56,810 bases of DNA from a virus (taxonomy: Duplodnaviria > Caudoviricetes), in the IMG/VR virus record IMGVR_UViG_3300013093_000003, positions 1 through 56,810 of that record. One strand, 5' to 3'. The notes under the pieces were generated by a model. The model did not search any database, had not been told where the DNA came from, and saw nothing but the letters and a program-made list of their open reading frames with translations. A program made the translations under genes and the position numbers. How positions within the stretch are numbered: position 1 is the first letter of the stretch; every line of letters starts with the position of its first letter. Below are positions 25,926-36,027 of the stretch, one piece after another.

Positions 25926-27665
25926 ATGGCCGACTTACTTCCTTTCAGCGCTCCGACAGACTGGACGGCTTCAACCGCAATAGCGCCGAAGTCCGGCCCC
26001 GTTGCTAAACCGGCTGCGCCTGCCGCGCCGAAAGAAGCGGCAAAGCCTGCCCCAGCGCCAACACCGCCACCACCTCCGGCTGCGCCACAAGCGCCTGCCG
26101 CGCCGTCGGCGTCTATGGAAGCCGCAAAGAAAGTGGACGCGCTCGAAAAGGATTCGATGAAGCTTAACGCGCCTACGCTGCATTTGCCGCCGAAGCCCGA
26201 ACCTAAAATGACGTCGCCGCAAGAGATGTGGGGCTCTACCGCGATGATCTTTGCGGGCTTGGCGGGTCTTATGACACGTAGGCCAATGGTCACGGCTATG
26301 AACGCTGCAACTGCCGCGATCAACGGGTTCAAAGCCAAAGACCAAGCCGCGACCGACCAAGCAATGAAGGTCTGGGAAACCGAGACCAAAAACGCGATAG
26401 AACTGTCGAAATTTCAGCGGGAAGCTTACGATACCGCTCTGGCTGGCGTCCGCCACCGCGAGGATTTGGCCATCCGCACAGGCGATCTTCAAGAGCGGGA
26501 AGCAACGGCTAAAGTGGCCGCGCTAGCCGCCGCCATGAAAGACCCGATGATGTCGGAAGCTATAAAAAAGGGGCCGGACGAAGCTGTTAAATTGCAAAAG
26601 ATGAGAGAAGACGTCGAGCAAAAAAACATTGACGCCAAAAATTCTATGAACAAATACTTCTTGGTGCACCAAGCTACAGAAGCATTGAAAGACGACCCTG
26701 AATGGGGCAGCTTAACAAAACTTCAGCAGCTTGATAAAACCCTAGAAATTGAAGAAAAAATCATGGGGTCGTCGAGACACATAAGCGCTTTCGAATCTCC
26801 GCAACAACAAAACGCCCTTTACAAAGCGCTGGTTGAAGGCGTTGAACCCCCTGCAACATCAGGGCCGATGATGCGCGACCCTAACTATCGAAAAGTTCTC
26901 ACGCGCGCACAAGAGAACCCGAACTACGACCCGAATAAATTCCTCAACACAAAGATCATGGAGAAGAATTTAGAATCTGGTGCAGACGGTAAGACGTTGC
27001 TCGCTATCGACACGGCCAACAACCATTTGAACGCCATGGAGACATTGGTCGATAACATACCCACGAACAGCGATATAACGACCAAAAACGCACTAGCCGT
27101 TCGTTATGCTAAAGAGTTTGGACTTGTTGGCGTTACGGATTTCGAATCGTTTTCTCAGCTTGTGGCGGGCGAAGTTGTCAAAGCCATGACAGGCGGCGAA
27201 GGTGGCGGCCAAACTGAACGGCAAGAAACAGCAGGTCGGTTTAGTCCAAGCCTCAGCCACGAAGTGCTAAAATCTAACATCTCAGCCTACCGTGTAGGTA
27301 TGGGCGGTAAAGCAGAGCCCCTATACAATAAATATAGCGGCCAAGTTCCAGATAAATTCCGCGATAAGTATTTTACACCTGAAGTTATGGCTTACGTGAA
27401 AGCGGAGAAAGACGCGAAAGATAAACAGAAAGTGGAAAAAGAAGCTAAAGCGCATCCGGAAAAAGCAACAACTCCGAGCGCCGCGTCATTGGCCGTTTCA
27501 CCAAAGACTGAAACCGCCAAGCCGGAGCCTGCTAAAACCGAAGCGGTTCCTGCGGGCGCTACGCCTTACAGCCTTAAAAACCCTGACGGGTCTACGAAAC
27601 AAGTGTATGTTGTCGGTAAGAAGATTTTTAATATGGACGGAACACCTTACACGAAAGCCCCGTAA
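25926..27665 (+). CDS. Putative internal virion/ejection protein
   Basis: 579 aa, helical, between the pilot and SLT-containing proteins. Confidence 0.6.
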   Translation: MADLLPFSAPTDWTASTAIAPKSGPVAKPAAPAAPKEAAKPAPAPTPPPPPAAPQAPAAPSASMEAAKKVDALEKDSMKLNAPTLHLPPKPEPKMTSPQEMWGSTAMIFAGLAGLMTRRPMVTAMNAATAAINGFKAKDQAATDQAMKVWETETKNAIELSKFQREAYDTALAGVRHREDLAIRTGDLQEREATAKVAALAAAMKDPMMSEAIKKGPDEAVKLQKMREDVEQKNIDAKNSMNKYFLVHQATEALKDDPEWGSLTKLQQLDKTLEIEEKIMGSSRHISAFESPQQQNALYKALVEGVEPPATSGPMMRDPNYRKVLTRAQENPNYDPNKFLNTKIMEKNLESGADGKTLLAIDTANNHLNAMETLVDNIPTNSDITTKNALAVRYAKEFGLVGVTDFESFSQLVAGEVVKAMTGGEGGGQTERQETAGRFSPSLSHEVLKSNISAYRVGMGGKAEPLYNKYSGQVPDKFRDKYFTPEVMAYVKAEKDAKDKQKVEKEAKAHPEKATTPSAASLAVSPKTETAKPEPAKTEAVPAGATPYSLKNPDGSTKQVYVVGKKIFNMDGTPYTKAP

Positions 27666-30600
27666 ATGAGTGACGCGACAACTACGGACGACACAGACGC
27701 CAAGAAGGCCGAAACCAAGGCCGACAAGCCAGAACCGAAGACTTTGGTGCCTGCGCCGTCCGTTATGGACGTCGTGCTCGCGCCGAAGAAAGCTGCACCG
27801 TGGGCGCCTGAAACACCCGCTGGCCCCGTCATCACGTCGGCCTATTCGCCGCTTGCTGCGCATACGCCGCAACCCAAGCCAGCAGGGCCGGTTCAGACAG
27901 ACTATTATAAATCGCTGAAATCCGCAGAAAGCGGCAACAATCCGTTTGCTAACTCTGGCGTTGCTAAGGGGCTTTACCAGTTCACGCCGCAAACGTGGAA
28001 CGGTGTCGCGGCTTCGCATCCCGAACTTGGGTTGCGCCCCGAAGATATTATGAATCCTGAAAAGCAGGAAATGGCTATCCGTGCGTTCACAGCCGACAAC
28101 GCGAAGATATTGACCAATCATAAGCTAGAGCCAACACCGGCCAATCTTCGCATGATGCACTTCTTGGGTGCGGGGGCTGGGCCTAAATTTCTCGATGCTG
28201 TTCGCAGCACGCCGGAAGCAAGCGCCGTCTCGCTGTTCCCGAAAGAAGCACAATACAACCACAACGTCTTTTTCAACAAGGACGGGTCGCCGCGCACAGT
28301 CGCGCAAGTCTATTCGTTGCAGACGAAAAACTTTGGCGGAACGCAAGTCGATATGTCGATGCCTGCTCAACAGGCACAGCAAGCGCAACAGGAAGCAGCG
28401 ATCGACCCAGACATTCTGTCGCAATTGCCTGAAGGCGCAAAGCTGGAGGCTGTCAGCCCCGCTAAAGCTCCTGCTCAAGCTATTGACCCTGATATTCTGG
28501 CGCAACTTCCAGAAGGTGCAACGCTCGACCCTGTTAAAGCGGGCTTAGAGAGCGCGGACAAGTTCAAGGGCAGCGGTGCTCCGCTCGGCGCAGCTGCAGC
28601 GGACGTGTCAAAACTCGGCGTTCCTGCACAAGCGCCGACACCAGAACCTTCTTTCGCCGGAGAGATTCCAGCAGATTCGCCGGAAGAATACGCCGCACGT
28701 GTGAAACGGGAAGGCGAGTTCTATATTGAAACCGCGAAGGGCGTCGGAGCCGGTGTCGGGGAAGTCGGCACGGGGCTTGCGGAGATGCTTCCGAACGATA
28801 TGGGCGGCGCGAAAGCGGCGGAAGCGACTCGCTATCTTCAAACGGTCGGAAACCCGCTTGGCCGCGCTATCGGGCAAACACTGCCTTGGTTGATGGGTGC
28901 AGGAGAGATAGCGGGCGCGGAAGAATTAGGGTTAGGCGCTAAAACTTTGCTTGGCATGGGCGAAGGCGGGCTCGCGGGCGCATCGGAAGCAACCGGAAAA
29001 GAGTCGGGCACAGAACGCGCCGCTGAGAAAGCCGAAGCTGCGGGTATCGGTGCGGGGCTTGGCGCTATTCCGGGCGTGGGCGAAGTTGCGTGGAGCGGAC
29101 TTAAAGGTGCAGGCAACAAGCTGAACGCATTCCTTGGCGGCGCAAAGTCAGCCTCGGAAACCGCACGATCAACTATCCTTACCGAGAGCGAAAAGGCCAT
29201 TGCCGCTGCGGAAAAGACCGCCGCAGAAAAAGGCGCCGAAATATCGAAAGGCGAAAAGGCTCTTGCCGCGCATAACGAGGAACTGGGGCGCATTGAAAAA
29301 GCGCAACAGCAAATTGCCGAGCGCGATCAGGTGCGCGAGACAGGCGCAATTATCGGCAGAGACCCGATGACAGGAAAACCGATATACGGCCCGCGCAGCA
29401 CCGCGCAAGCGCCTGATCTGGCCAAGGTCGCGGAGACGCGCGCCGCCGTGTCGGAACGGATGCGCGATTCCGTGCGCGATGCCGAACGGCACGCAGAGGC
29501 GGCTGGCCTTGCCAAGAAAGACGCCGCCGATTTTGCCGTATCGGAACAGCAAAAGATCGTAGACGCGGATGAAGCCGCACAAAAGCTGAAAGCCGAGCAC
29601 GCCGCAAACCCAACGATGTCGTCTGAAGAACTGGGCGATAAAGTGCAGAACGCTGCAAATGAAATTTACGAAAAGCACGCCAACATTCGCCGGAAGAATG
29701 CGGGGTTCAAAGAGGCTATCGAGAAATCGGGATCTGCTCCGAATGTGAACACCAGCTCGGCTTTGGCCTACATCAATCGCATTTTGCCCGACCAAGGCAA
29801 CAATACGACGATTGCCATTTTGCGCTCCATAGCCGAAAAGCTGAAGACTGCTACGAAAGTAGCAGAAGGCGCGGAACCAGAGTTCGTCGAAGGCGTGAAC
29901 TTGGCCAAAGCCGACTCTATTCGAAAAGACGTGTCGTCGGCTGTGCGGTCTAAGATGATGGCTATGGAAGGCGCTAATCCCGCGCCGGTTCCAGCCGAAG
30001 CCGCGCATCACTTGGGCGAAGTTTACAAGCGCTTGCTGAAATCCATAGGCGACGAATCAAAGCCGTATATGGAAGCCATGCAGCGCTACAGAGAATTGTC
30101 ACGGCCTCTTGATGTGTTCGAGCGTAAAGGCGCTTTGAAATCTGTAATTGCAGATGACAGCTTGTCGGGCGATTTCGCAATGGGGAAATCCGCCGTCGTT
30201 GTTAAACTGCTCAACAGCGCCAAGCAAGGCCAGCCTGCTATTCAAAGACTGGTTTCGGAAAACCCAGAGTTGAAAGATTCGCTGCGTATGTATTTCAGCC
30301 GCGAACTATTCGGCTTTGATACCGCTGCGGCTCCGTCTGTCGGAAAGATGGAGACGTTTTTAAAAAACAACGAGAACGCGCTGCACCAGTCCGGCTTATG
30401 GGATGAGTTCTCGTCAATGAAGCGCGCGCGTGAATCCGCCGAGCAAGCCGTGTCACGCGCCAAAGAAAACGCGAAGATAGCGGCTTCCGCCGAGAAAGAA
30501 GCGTCCTCCGCCGAAAAGCAAGCGTTGGCCGAAGTCGAAAAAACACGGAAGCTGTCGGCTGAAGCGCGCGCCCGCGAAGAAGCCATTGCGCCCCGCGAGC

Positions 30601-31064
30601 AGGACAAGCTTGCAGCAAAGCAGGAAAAGGTTGAGAAGCCCTCCGACGTTGCCGCCGCCGAAAAGGCAAAAGCAGCGGAAGAAAAATTGGCAGCCCAGAA
30701 GAAAGAGGCAACCGGAAAAGCTAAAGAAACTGAATCGTCCATAGGCAAGATGGCCACTGAAAAGGCCAAAGCCGAAAAAACTGCGAGAGAGTTTGGCACA
30801 TTCAAAACCGTAATTGAAAACCCTAAACTGACAACTTCCCGCCAAGTATCGACAGAAGGTTTGAAATTTGCGGAGCGGATGCGAAACAGCGACCTGATAA
30901 CCGAAGAACAGTTTAAGACCATGACGGACAAATTGGGCGAGCTGGAAAAATTAAATATGGACGCTGACCAAGCCAGAAAATATGCGCTCTGGGCAATTCA
31001 AATTGGCCTCGGCGGCGTATCCGCAACTTGGCTATATCGCGTCACCAACCCGTCAGGACATTAA
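27666..31064 (+). CDS. Large ejection protein with lytic transglycosylase-like domain
   Basis: AESGNNP...AKGLYQFTPQTW and HFLGAG lysozyme-like motifs; long coiled-coil. Confidence 0.75.
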   Translation: MSDATTTDDTDAKKAETKADKPEPKTLVPAPSVMDVVLAPKKAAPWAPETPAGPVITSAYSPLAAHTPQPKPAGPVQTDYYKSLKSAESGNNPFANSGVAKGLYQFTPQTWNGVAASHPELGLRPEDIMNPEKQEMAIRAFTADNAKILTNHKLEPTPANLRMMHFLGAGAGPKFLDAVRSTPEASAVSLFPKEAQYNHNVFFNKDGSPRTVAQVYSLQTKNFGGTQVDMSMPAQQAQQAQQEAAIDPDILSQLPEGAKLEAVSPAKAPAQAIDPDILAQLPEGATLDPVKAGLESADKFKGSGAPLGAAAADVSKLGVPAQAPTPEPSFAGEIPADSPEEYAARVKREGEFYIETAKGVGAGVGEVGTGLAEMLPNDMGGAKAAEATRYLQTVGNPLGRAIGQTLPWLMGAGEIAGAEELGLGAKTLLGMGEGGLAGASEATGKESGTERAAEKAEAAGIGAGLGAIPGVGEVAWSGLKGAGNKLNAFLGGAKSASETARSTILTESEKAIAAAEKTAAEKGAEISKGEKALAAHNEELGRIEKAQQQIAERDQVRETGAIIGRDPMTGKPIYGPRSTAQAPDLAKVAETRAAVSERMRDSVRDAERHAEAAGLAKKDAADFAVSEQQKIVDADEAAQKLKAEHAANPTMSSEELGDKVQNAANEIYEKHANIRRKNAGFKEAIEKSGSAPNVNTSSALAYINRILPDQGNNTTIAILRSIAEKLKTATKVAEGAEPEFVEGVNLAKADSIRKDVSSAVRSKMMAMEGANPAPVPAEAAHHLGEVYKRLLKSIGDESKPYMEAMQRYRELSRPLDVFERKGALKSVIADDSLSGDFAMGKSAVVVKLLNSAKQGQPAIQRLVSENPELKDSLRMYFSRELFGFDTAAAPSVGKMETFLKNNENALHQSGLWDEFSSMKRARESAEQAVSRAKENAKIAASAEKEASSAEKQALAEVEKTRKLSAEARAREEAIAPREQDKLAAKQEKVEKPSDVAAAEKAKAAEEKLAAQKKEATGKAKETESSIGKMATEKAKAEKTAREFGTFKTVIENPKLTTSRQVSTEGLKFAERMRNSDLITEEQFKTMTDKLGELEKLNMDADQARKYALWAIQIGLGGVSATWLYRVTNPSGH

Positions 31065-31065
31065 A

Positions 31066-31398
31066 ATGAGTTCTAAGATCACTCTTATTGAGTCGCTCGA
31101 TTTAGCCGCCGCGCATCTATTGGCGAGAGCGCAGTCGTGTGATAAGGTCACGGAAGACGGCAAGATTGAAAAAGTCACGTTGGCAGAGCAGGTTAAAGCA
31201 TTTGAAGCGGTCGTCGATTATGCTAAAACCCGCAAAGAGTTAGCGCCGCCAGAGAAGAAGGAATCCCAATTTGACAAACTCAAGCGAGACTTCAGCGGTT
31301 CGCCGCCTAAACGTGGAAGAAATCGTCCAAAAGCCTCGCAAGATGCCGGAGACGATTCAGATTCAGGAAGTGACTTCCCGACAATCTACTCCGCTTGA
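31066..31398 (+). CDS. Hypothetical protein
   Basis: AGGA RBS before ATG 31066. Confidence 0.6.
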   Translation: MSSKITLIESLDLAAAHLLARAQSCDKVTEDGKIEKVTLAEQVKAFEAVVDYAKTRKELAPPEKKESQFDKLKRDFSGSPPKRGRNRPKASQDAGDDSDSGSDFPTIYSA

Positions 31399-31594
31399 TA
31401 CCGTCGTTACGGCTTTTGCCGGTCTCGGTTACGCGCTTTCTGCGCGCGCACTTTTGCTGCTGGCGTTGATCGGTTCGTTCGTTTTGGCCGTCATGGCCAT
31501 GATGAGTCAGACACCCGCCGCGCTTGAAGTGCTCGTCGCTTACGCTTTCCTCACCGTGATTCCGGTGGCCTTTCTCGAAGTCAGGAAACGCTAA
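31343..31594 (+). CDS. Small protein with two or three TM helices
   Basis: Long hydrophobic stretches; stop overlaps the next start. Confidence 0.6.
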   Translation: MPETIQIQEVTSRQSTPLDTVVTAFAGLGYALSARALLLLALIGSFVLAVMAMMSQTPAALEVLVAYAFLTVIPVAFLEVRKR

Positions 31595-32226
31595 TGGCCT
31601 CGCTCGTCGGTTTCCGCGAACAAAGAGTTCTTATCCCAAGCTACCGCGCGGACGGGGTTATCGCCTCGGCTACCGCGCCGCAGCTTATTTTGCCGAGCGC
31701 TGCGCCGCGCTCGTCCGTTCTTTTGCAGAACACGTCCACATCGAATATGTGGATTGAGTTCGGGTCGGGCCGCGCGAAGGCCACTATCTCGAACGGCGTC
31801 GTCACCAGCATCGCTGTAACGAACGCAGGGTTCGGCTTCTCTTACGCGCCGCGTATTATTCTTCTTGGCGGCAGCAACCACCAGAACGGCTTGAACCTCG
31901 GCCTCGGCTTGCCGGGGCAGGAAGCGCCGTCGAATATCGCAACTGCGGTTTGCGTTATGACCGGAACCGCGCCGAATATGTCGATTGCCTCGATCACCGT
32001 TACGAACGGCGGGTCTGGCTACTCGGCTGCGCCTTACGTGCAGATTTTGAACGACCCCAACGATTCATACGGCGCGGCAAACCCGTATAATGCGGGTGCA
32101 GGCGTAGGTTTCGAGCTATATCCCGGCCAGTCTCTTTATGAAGCGCATTCAATTGTTTGCACCGATGCGATTGCGGTTTTCTGCGCCACGGTCAGCGCAA
32201 CTTATTTCTGCCGATACACCGTTTGA
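31594..32226 (+). CDS. Structural protein with TNxGxG(Y/F) repeats
   Basis: VTNAGFGF and VTNGGSGY repeats. Confidence 0.65.
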   Translation: MASLVGFREQRVLIPSYRADGVIASATAPQLILPSAAPRSSVLLQNTSTSNMWIEFGSGRAKATISNGVVTSIAVTNAGFGFSYAPRIILLGGSNHQNGLNLGLGLPGQEAPSNIATAVCVMTGTAPNMSIASITVTNGGSGYSAAPYVQILNDPNDSYGAANPYNAGAGVGFELYPGQSLYEAHSIVCTDAIAVFCATVSATYFCRYTV

Positions 32227-32233
32227 GGGCTTC

Positions 32234-33160
32234 ATGCGTTTAACCTTCCGCGCTATTCTCCTGTTTGCCGCTTGTCTTGTTCCGCCGCCCCTCATGGCGC
32301 AACAAGGCGGCGGCGTTGTCGTGTCTGGTCCAATCACTGCGGGCGACTGCACGAAGTGGGTCGCCTTCAATATCGTAGGAGACGCGGGCGCAGCTTGCGG
32401 TTCGGGCGGCGGTGGCGGCACGTTGACCGCGGGCACCACGGCGACGTCAGGCTATACAGCGGGCCAACTGCTGTCCAGCAACGGGTCTGTGCTAGCTGTG
32501 GCGCCAACGAGCGGTGCAAACAGCGTCGTGTTGCGTGACTCTAACCAAAACATTGTGGTGAATAACGAATCGCAAGCCGTAAACTCTTTTGTCGCAACGT
32601 CGGGCACCGTTACGCTTACGGCGGCGTCTGCGCATACGCAGCTTATCACCGGAACACTTGCCCAAACTCTCCAACTCCCCGATGAAACAACCTTGGCAAT
32701 CGGGGCTTCGTTCCTGATTACGAACACGGCTATCGGAACCGCTACTATAAAAGACAGCGGCGGGACAACTCTCGGCACGGCGTTGTCGGGCATGGCCGTT
32801 GTTTACTATTCGGTTTCGAACGGCTCGGCTACAGGCAATTGGGCAAGCTACGTTTTGACGCCTGCCGTTGTAACGTGGGGGACGCTGGGGCTTAACCTTG
32901 GGTCTGGCGCTATCACGACAAGCGGCACAATTCTAGGCGGCGCACTGGCGGGCACTTCGGTCACAACGACAGGCCCTATTCAGGGTTCTACGTTGAAACT
33001 GACAACAATTTACACGGTAGGAACACTGCCTGCCGGCGTCACAGGCACGCGCACCCAAGTTTCGGACGCAGTGACTTGCACATTTTTAGCTACTCTAACG
33101 GGCGGCGGGTCTGTGTTCTGCCCCGTTATCTATAACGGCACGGCTTGGGTGGCAGACTGA
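32234..33160 (+). CDS. Fibre-like protein with predicted signal peptide
   Basis: MRLTFRAILLFAACLVPPPLMA N-terminus; T/G-rich; C-terminal YTVGTLP...VSDA...YNGTAW fibre-tip-like motif. Confidence 0.65.
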   Translation: MRLTFRAILLFAACLVPPPLMAQQGGGVVVSGPITAGDCTKWVAFNIVGDAGAACGSGGGGGTLTAGTTATSGYTAGQLLSSNGSVLAVAPTSGANSVVLRDSNQNIVVNNESQAVNSFVATSGTVTLTAASAHTQLITGTLAQTLQLPDETTLAIGASFLITNTAIGTATIKDSGGTTLGTALSGMAVVYYSVSNGSATGNWASYVLTPAVVTWGTLGLNLGSGAITTSGTILGGALAGTSVTTTGPIQGSTLKLTTIYTVGTLPAGVTGTRTQVSDAVTCTFLATLTGGGSVFCPVIYNGTAWVAD

Positions 33161-33264
33161 TGACCAAAGCTTACGCCACACTCATCGCGCTTATCTTGCT
33201 CGGCTTGTTTATCACGTTGACGGCAAGACCCGCACCCGCGCAAACCACAACGGAAACGAGATAA
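33160..33264 (+). CDS. Small hydrophobic peptide (34 aa)
   Basis: MTKAYATLIALILLGLFITLTARPAPAQ...; TGATG coupling; not in ORF track. Confidence 0.45.
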   Translation: MTKAYATLIALILLGLFITLTARPAPAQTTTETR

Positions 33265-33267
33265 GCA

Positions 33268-34596
33268 ATGGCCGCACCTACCCTAAGCACGTTTTATCAA
33301 GGGCAAGGCTCGGTCAATGCCGACATGCTCAACACGTTTCAACAGTCTTGCGATAACTACGCCCAGCTTCGCGCTTTCACAGGCATAGCAGGGCTTCAGG
33401 TCTATGCACGCGGCACAACTGCGGCAGGTGATGGTGGCCAAGGTACGTTCTACTGGAACGCCACGTCTGCAGCGACCGACAACAACTCGACCGTGATTGT
33501 GCCGACCGGTTCAGTTCTAGGGGCGTGGATTCTGCTCCCCGCTTCTGTCAACGCCCCCGCAGGAACTTTGACCGGAACGACGCTTGCGGCAAACGTCGTC
33601 AATTCGTCTCTCATCAACCAGACTGCCAACTATGCGACTGGCTCGGTCACATTGGCCAAGCTGGACGAAACAGGCTTGGCGGGCTATGTGCTGACGGCAG
33701 AAGGCCCCGGCAATGCGCCGCAATGGCAGCCTGTCGGCGGCGCAAACTCTGGCATGACAGGATTCCGTAACCGTATCATCAACGGCGGTATGAATATCGA
33801 CCAGCGCAACGCAGGCGCTTCGCAAACCTTTACGGCTGGCGCGGCTCTGGCATACTCGGTTGACCGGTTCTACGGCTATTGCACAGGCGCGAACGTAACA
33901 GGCCAACGCACGGCGAATGTGGGCGCTTCGGGGTCTCCTTCTCAATACGTTTACCAATTCACAGGCGCTTCGTCTGTGACAGGTATCGGCTTTGCCCAGC
34001 GCATAGAGGCTGTAGACTGCTTTGATTTAGCGGGCAGCTCCGCCACTTTATCCGTAAGTTTGGCCAACAGCCTGTTGACAACGGTGTTGTGGTCGGCGTC
34101 TTACGCCAACACGACCGACACGTTCGGCACTTTGGCGAGCCCGACCAAGACTCAGTTTGCTACGGGTTCCTTTACCGTGTCCTCTACGCAAACGCGGTAC
34201 TCGATCACTGTGTCGGTTCCGTCCGCCGGAACAACAGGTATCGAGATATTGTTCTCTGTCGGCGCACAAGTCAGCGGAACGTGGCAGATTGGTAACGTCC
34301 AATTTGAATTGGGCACTTCTGCAACTTCATTCGAGCGTCGTCCGGTTCCGACCGAACTTCAAATGGCGCAACGCTATTATGCCAATTTTGGGCCAAACTA
34401 CTACGCGCTTCACGTAGTGAACGACGCGGGAACGATACGTAACGGCTCCTTTATGTGGCCTGTTCCGATGCGCACCGTGCCAACTGTTGTTTTCGGCGCA
34501 ACGCCGTCAGCTTCGTCTATCGACGCCTTGGGGGTTTACTACCAAACCAATCAAAGTGTGGCGTGCCAAGTCAACACCATTACAGCGGAGCTTTGA
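33268..34596 (+). CDS. Tail fibre/receptor-binding protein
   Basis: GDGGQGTFYW N-terminal motif; FRNRIINGGMNIDQR and VQFELG..ATSFERRP...ELQMAQRYY fibre motifs. Confidence 0.8.
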   Translation: MAAPTLSTFYQGQGSVNADMLNTFQQSCDNYAQLRAFTGIAGLQVYARGTTAAGDGGQGTFYWNATSAATDNNSTVIVPTGSVLGAWILLPASVNAPAGTLTGTTLAANVVNSSLINQTANYATGSVTLAKLDETGLAGYVLTAEGPGNAPQWQPVGGANSGMTGFRNRIINGGMNIDQRNAGASQTFTAGAALAYSVDRFYGYCTGANVTGQRTANVGASGSPSQYVYQFTGASSVTGIGFAQRIEAVDCFDLAGSSATLSVSLANSLLTTVLWSASYANTTDTFGTLASPTKTQFATGSFTVSSTQTRYSITVSVPSAGTTGIEILFSVGAQVSGTWQIGNVQFELGTSATSFERRPVPTELQMAQRYYANFGPNYYALHVVNDAGTIRNGSFMWPVPMRTVPTVVFGATPSASSIDALGVYYQTNQSVACQVNTITAEL

Positions 34597-34598
34597 TA

Positions 34599-35048
34599 GT
34601 GACTATTTCTGCGCAATGGGCTAACGCATCTCAAACCAGCGTCGTCGTTACCGACTCAAGCACGAATATCACAAGCCACGTTCCAGCCGATACAGCTAAC
34701 ACAGACTATCAACAGTTGTTGGCCACTCTGGTTCCGATTGCGAGTTACGCAGCGCCGTCTGTCACTCCTACAACGGTGCAAGTCAACTCTATTAGCACGC
34801 CCGCACTCAACGGAGCTTATTCGTTTGATTCAACCGCACAAGCGAAGCTCATGGCGGTTTCCCTTTACGTGCAGGTCAACGGGAAATTTCCAGCCAACCA
34901 AACAAGTTTCCCTTGGTATGATGCAACCGGCACGCCGCATCTGTTTACCACGACAACACAGTTTCAGGCTTTCGCCAGCGCGATCGCGGACTACGACACC
35001 AACCTTTCTTTGGGGCTCGCAACCGCAGCTCCGATCACCATTCCGTAA
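34599..35048 (+). CDS. Fibre assembly/chaperone protein, paralog of 8818-9216
   Basis: GTG start after GGAG; VPADTANTDYQ motif; C-terminal domain shared with the paralog. Confidence 0.7.
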   Translation: MTISAQWANASQTSVVVTDSSTNITSHVPADTANTDYQQLLATLVPIASYAAPSVTPTTVQVNSISTPALNGAYSFDSTAQAKLMAVSLYVQVNGKFPANQTSFPWYDATGTPHLFTTTTQFQAFASAIADYDTNLSLGLATAAPITIP

Positions 35049-35057
35049 GAGGCCAAC

Positions 35058-35369
35058 ATGACCACTCTCAGCATTCCAACAAGCGTATCTTCCGTTAAGG
35101 TTCCTACCTTGTTTCTTGATAGCGCCGCAATGAACATGGTGTTTCCTGCTGTCAACGCCGTTACTGAAGTTACCTCGTCTGACACATCGGTCGCAACTGC
35201 GACAATCGACGCTTCGGGCGAAGTGACGATCTCGCGCGTTGGCACGTCCGGCTCTGCGATTATCACCGCAAGGTCGGGCGGCATAACCGGAACTGTTACG
35301 GTCGAAATTACCGTGCCCGTTCTCGCTATTATCGAGTTTGACGTCAACAAGGCGGCCTATATTGCTTGA
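35058..35369 (+). CDS. Ig-like (Big_2-type) domain protein
   Basis: TSSDTSVATATIDASGEVT...GSAIITA motif. Confidence 0.7.
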   Translation: MTTLSIPTSVSSVKVPTLFLDSAAMNMVFPAVNAVTEVTSSDTSVATATIDASGEVTISRVGTSGSAIITARSGGITGTVTVEITVPVLAIIEFDVNKAAYIA

Positions 35370-35408
35370 CTGCACGCGGCTCTCGCTGACGCGTTCAAAG
35401 GAAAACCG

Positions 35409-36026
35409 ATGATTTACCCGACCGTTGCCGATATTCTCTCCGTCTGCCCGAAAGCCAACAAGGCCATCGTAGCGGGCATTGTCTCGTCGTTGCCGACGGT
35501 TGGCGCGGCGGGTGGCCTTACCAGCATTGCGCGGGTCGCGCATTTCCTGGGGCAGGCTGGCGTAGAAACCGACCATTTCCTCACCTATGAAGAATACGCA
35601 TCGGGTGCGGCTTACGAAGGACGCCACGATCTCGGCAACACTCATGCCGGCGACGGTCGCCGGTTTAAAGGGCGTGGCGCTTTTGATCTGACAGGTCGTG
35701 CCAATTACGCGGCCGCGACGACATGGGTTGCTAATCTCATGAATCGGCCTTCGCTTGATCTGGTCGCCACACCTGAAATTGTCTCGGCTGATAAGGCTGT
35801 CGGGCTGGCAACATCGCTCTGGTTCTGGAAGAACCGCAAGCTGAACGTCTTTGCAGATACGGGCGTGAACGACACGTCCATAGAGCACATTACGCACGTC
35901 ATAAACGGCGGCTACAACGGGCTGCACGAACGCGCCCGCCTCACCTACGCCTTCTATAAGGTTCTGGTGAACCGCCAAGCCCACGCTGTCGTAATGGCCA
36001 GCAAATACGTTAACCGGAGTCATTAA
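35409..36026 (+). CDS. Endolysin, glycoside hydrolase family 19
   Basis: AHFLGQAGVET, YEGRHDLGNT..GDG.RFKGRG...LTGRANY, INGGYNG. Confidence 0.9.
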   Translation: MIYPTVADILSVCPKANKAIVAGIVSSLPTVGAAGGLTSIARVAHFLGQAGVETDHFLTYEEYASGAAYEGRHDLGNTHAGDGRRFKGRGAFDLTGRANYAAATTWVANLMNRPSLDLVATPEIVSADKAVGLATSLWFWKNRKLNVFADTGVNDTSIEHITHVINGGYNGLHERARLTYAFYKVLVNRQAHAVVMASKYVNRSH

Positions 36027-36027
36027 G

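Noticed and set aside
5655-35048. Invertase-driven fibre switching (Gin/Cin type) or a diversity-generating retroelement
   Set aside because: All fibre genes are co-oriented, no inverted crossover sites were seen, and there is no reverse transcriptase or adenine-specific TR/VR pair
34830-36023. Long antisense ORFs (for example 34830-36023, 14615-15460, 240-998, 29169-30011, 43768-44565)
   Set aside because: Shadow frames of well-supported genes in GC-rich DNA, with no motifs, RBS or coupling
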